Both the position numbers and the translations under genes were made by a program. The notes below the pieces were generated by a model. That model had not been told where the DNA came from. It saw nothing but the letters and a program-made list of their open reading frames with translations, and did not search any database. Shown here in pieces: positions 63,526 through 64,000 of a stretch of 64,000 bases of DNA (the stretch's first letter is position 1; each line of letters begins with the position of its first letter). The DNA comes from a virus: positions 39,930 to 103,929 of the IMG/VR virus record IMGVR_UViG_3300043410_001007. The stretch is one strand, 5' to 3'.

Positions 63526-64000
63526 ATGGCCAAGAAACAAACATTCCTAGACACTCCCGAATGGCGTTCTATCGTAGATAACGTCAAGGGCATTATGACA
63601 TCGGACGGGACGATGGCAACCCTACTAGACTTCGAGCGAGTACTAGATGAAGCGGATATGTACGCATTTAGGAACTGGGAACTAGGCGAACTAGTGGACG
63701 GACCAGTGGTCGGCCGATACAAAGTTACCTGTACATTTATGTGGCCACAAAAGTTGATGCCTGACCCACGTGCGGGTAAGCGTCTGTTAACTCTAGGCTG
63801 CGAAATCAAATTCAAAAAGACAGAAATCAAAGTACCAGTAAAGGTAAAGTCAGCAGACGACTATCGCCCTGGTACCCACTATCCTAAACTAATAGATCAA
63901 ACAGTGTGGTTAGTTAATATCACAGTTCCTAAGGACTTAATGAATGATATTCGTGAGGGCAGTGTTGATATCGCCGGACAGAACATTGATCTAGAGGACC
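63526..64000 (+). CDS. Phage hypothetical protein, 3'-truncated
   Basis: Open frame MAKKQTFLDTPEW...LLDFERVLDEADMYAFRNWELGELVDGP...MPDPRAGKRL to the window end; ATAAATA at 63512. Confidence 0.75.
   Translation, partial: MAKKQTFLDTPEWRSIVDNVKGIMTSDGTMATLLDFERVLDEADMYAFRNWELGELVDGPVVGRYKVTCTFMWPQKLMPDPRAGKRLLTLGCEIKFKKTEIKVPVKVKSADDYRPGTHYPKLIDQTVWLVNITVPKDLMNDIREGSVDIAGQNIDLED

Noticed and set aside
202-63830. Numerous short antisense or alternate-frame ORFs in the track (e.g. 13795-14172, 31905-32342, 44157-44567, 63492-63830)
   Set aside because: They lie inside well-supported genes and lack SD/promoter context or recognisable motifs; they are shadows of codon bias.
1-64000. Stop-codon reassignment
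   Set aside because: Genes are full length in the standard code, and TAA, TGA and TAG (e.g. minus-strand ends at 26765 and 43590) all terminate genes sensibly.

Overview
This window is a gene-dense segment of a large, T4-like or jumbo myovirus genome. A Gram-negative host is indicated by spanins, an outer-membrane beta-barrel and periplasmic proteins; a betaproteobacterial host is a weaker inference from the two Bug/TctC genes. Layout: (1) 1-22.1 kb: virion baseplate and fibre genes, including a >4,200-aa protein truncated at the window start and fibres with autocleaving chaperone domains. (2) 22.1-29.7 kb: a modification cluster of four glycosyltransferase-like genes, a radical SAM enzyme, a methyltransferase, a 2OG-Fe(II) hydroxylase and a QueC-like enzyme. 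(3) 29.7-39.2 kb: an OMP, small early genes behind repeated sigma70 promoter cassettes, a MoxR-type AAA/VWA pair, DHFR, ThyA and an epimerase. (4) 39.2-45.2 kb: a dispersed lysis module (i-spanin, o-spanin, GH19 endolysin) interleaved with modular proteins punctuated by hydrophobic-X-Glu motifs, a signal-peptide nuclease and an HNH homing endonuclease. (5) 45.2-52.4 kb: more virion genes. (6) 52.4-55.8 kb: DnaE fragment, GroES, clamp loader and Hc1-like protein. (7) 55.8-61.7 kb: a minus-strand island with GNAT, oxygenase, two Bug/TctC binding proteins, a LuxR-HTH regulator and an asparagine-synthetase-like ligase. (8) A HAD phosphatase, PhoH and a truncated core gene. Two promoter classes are visible: TTGACA-N17-TACAAT and a late-type (A/C/G)TAAATA. 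The best candidates for undescribed biology are the capsid-targeted, protease-punctuated cassette polyproteins and the synthase/receptor/regulator island. I saw no tRNA, rRNA or CRISPR array. All functional calls come from motifs read by eye; no database search was run.
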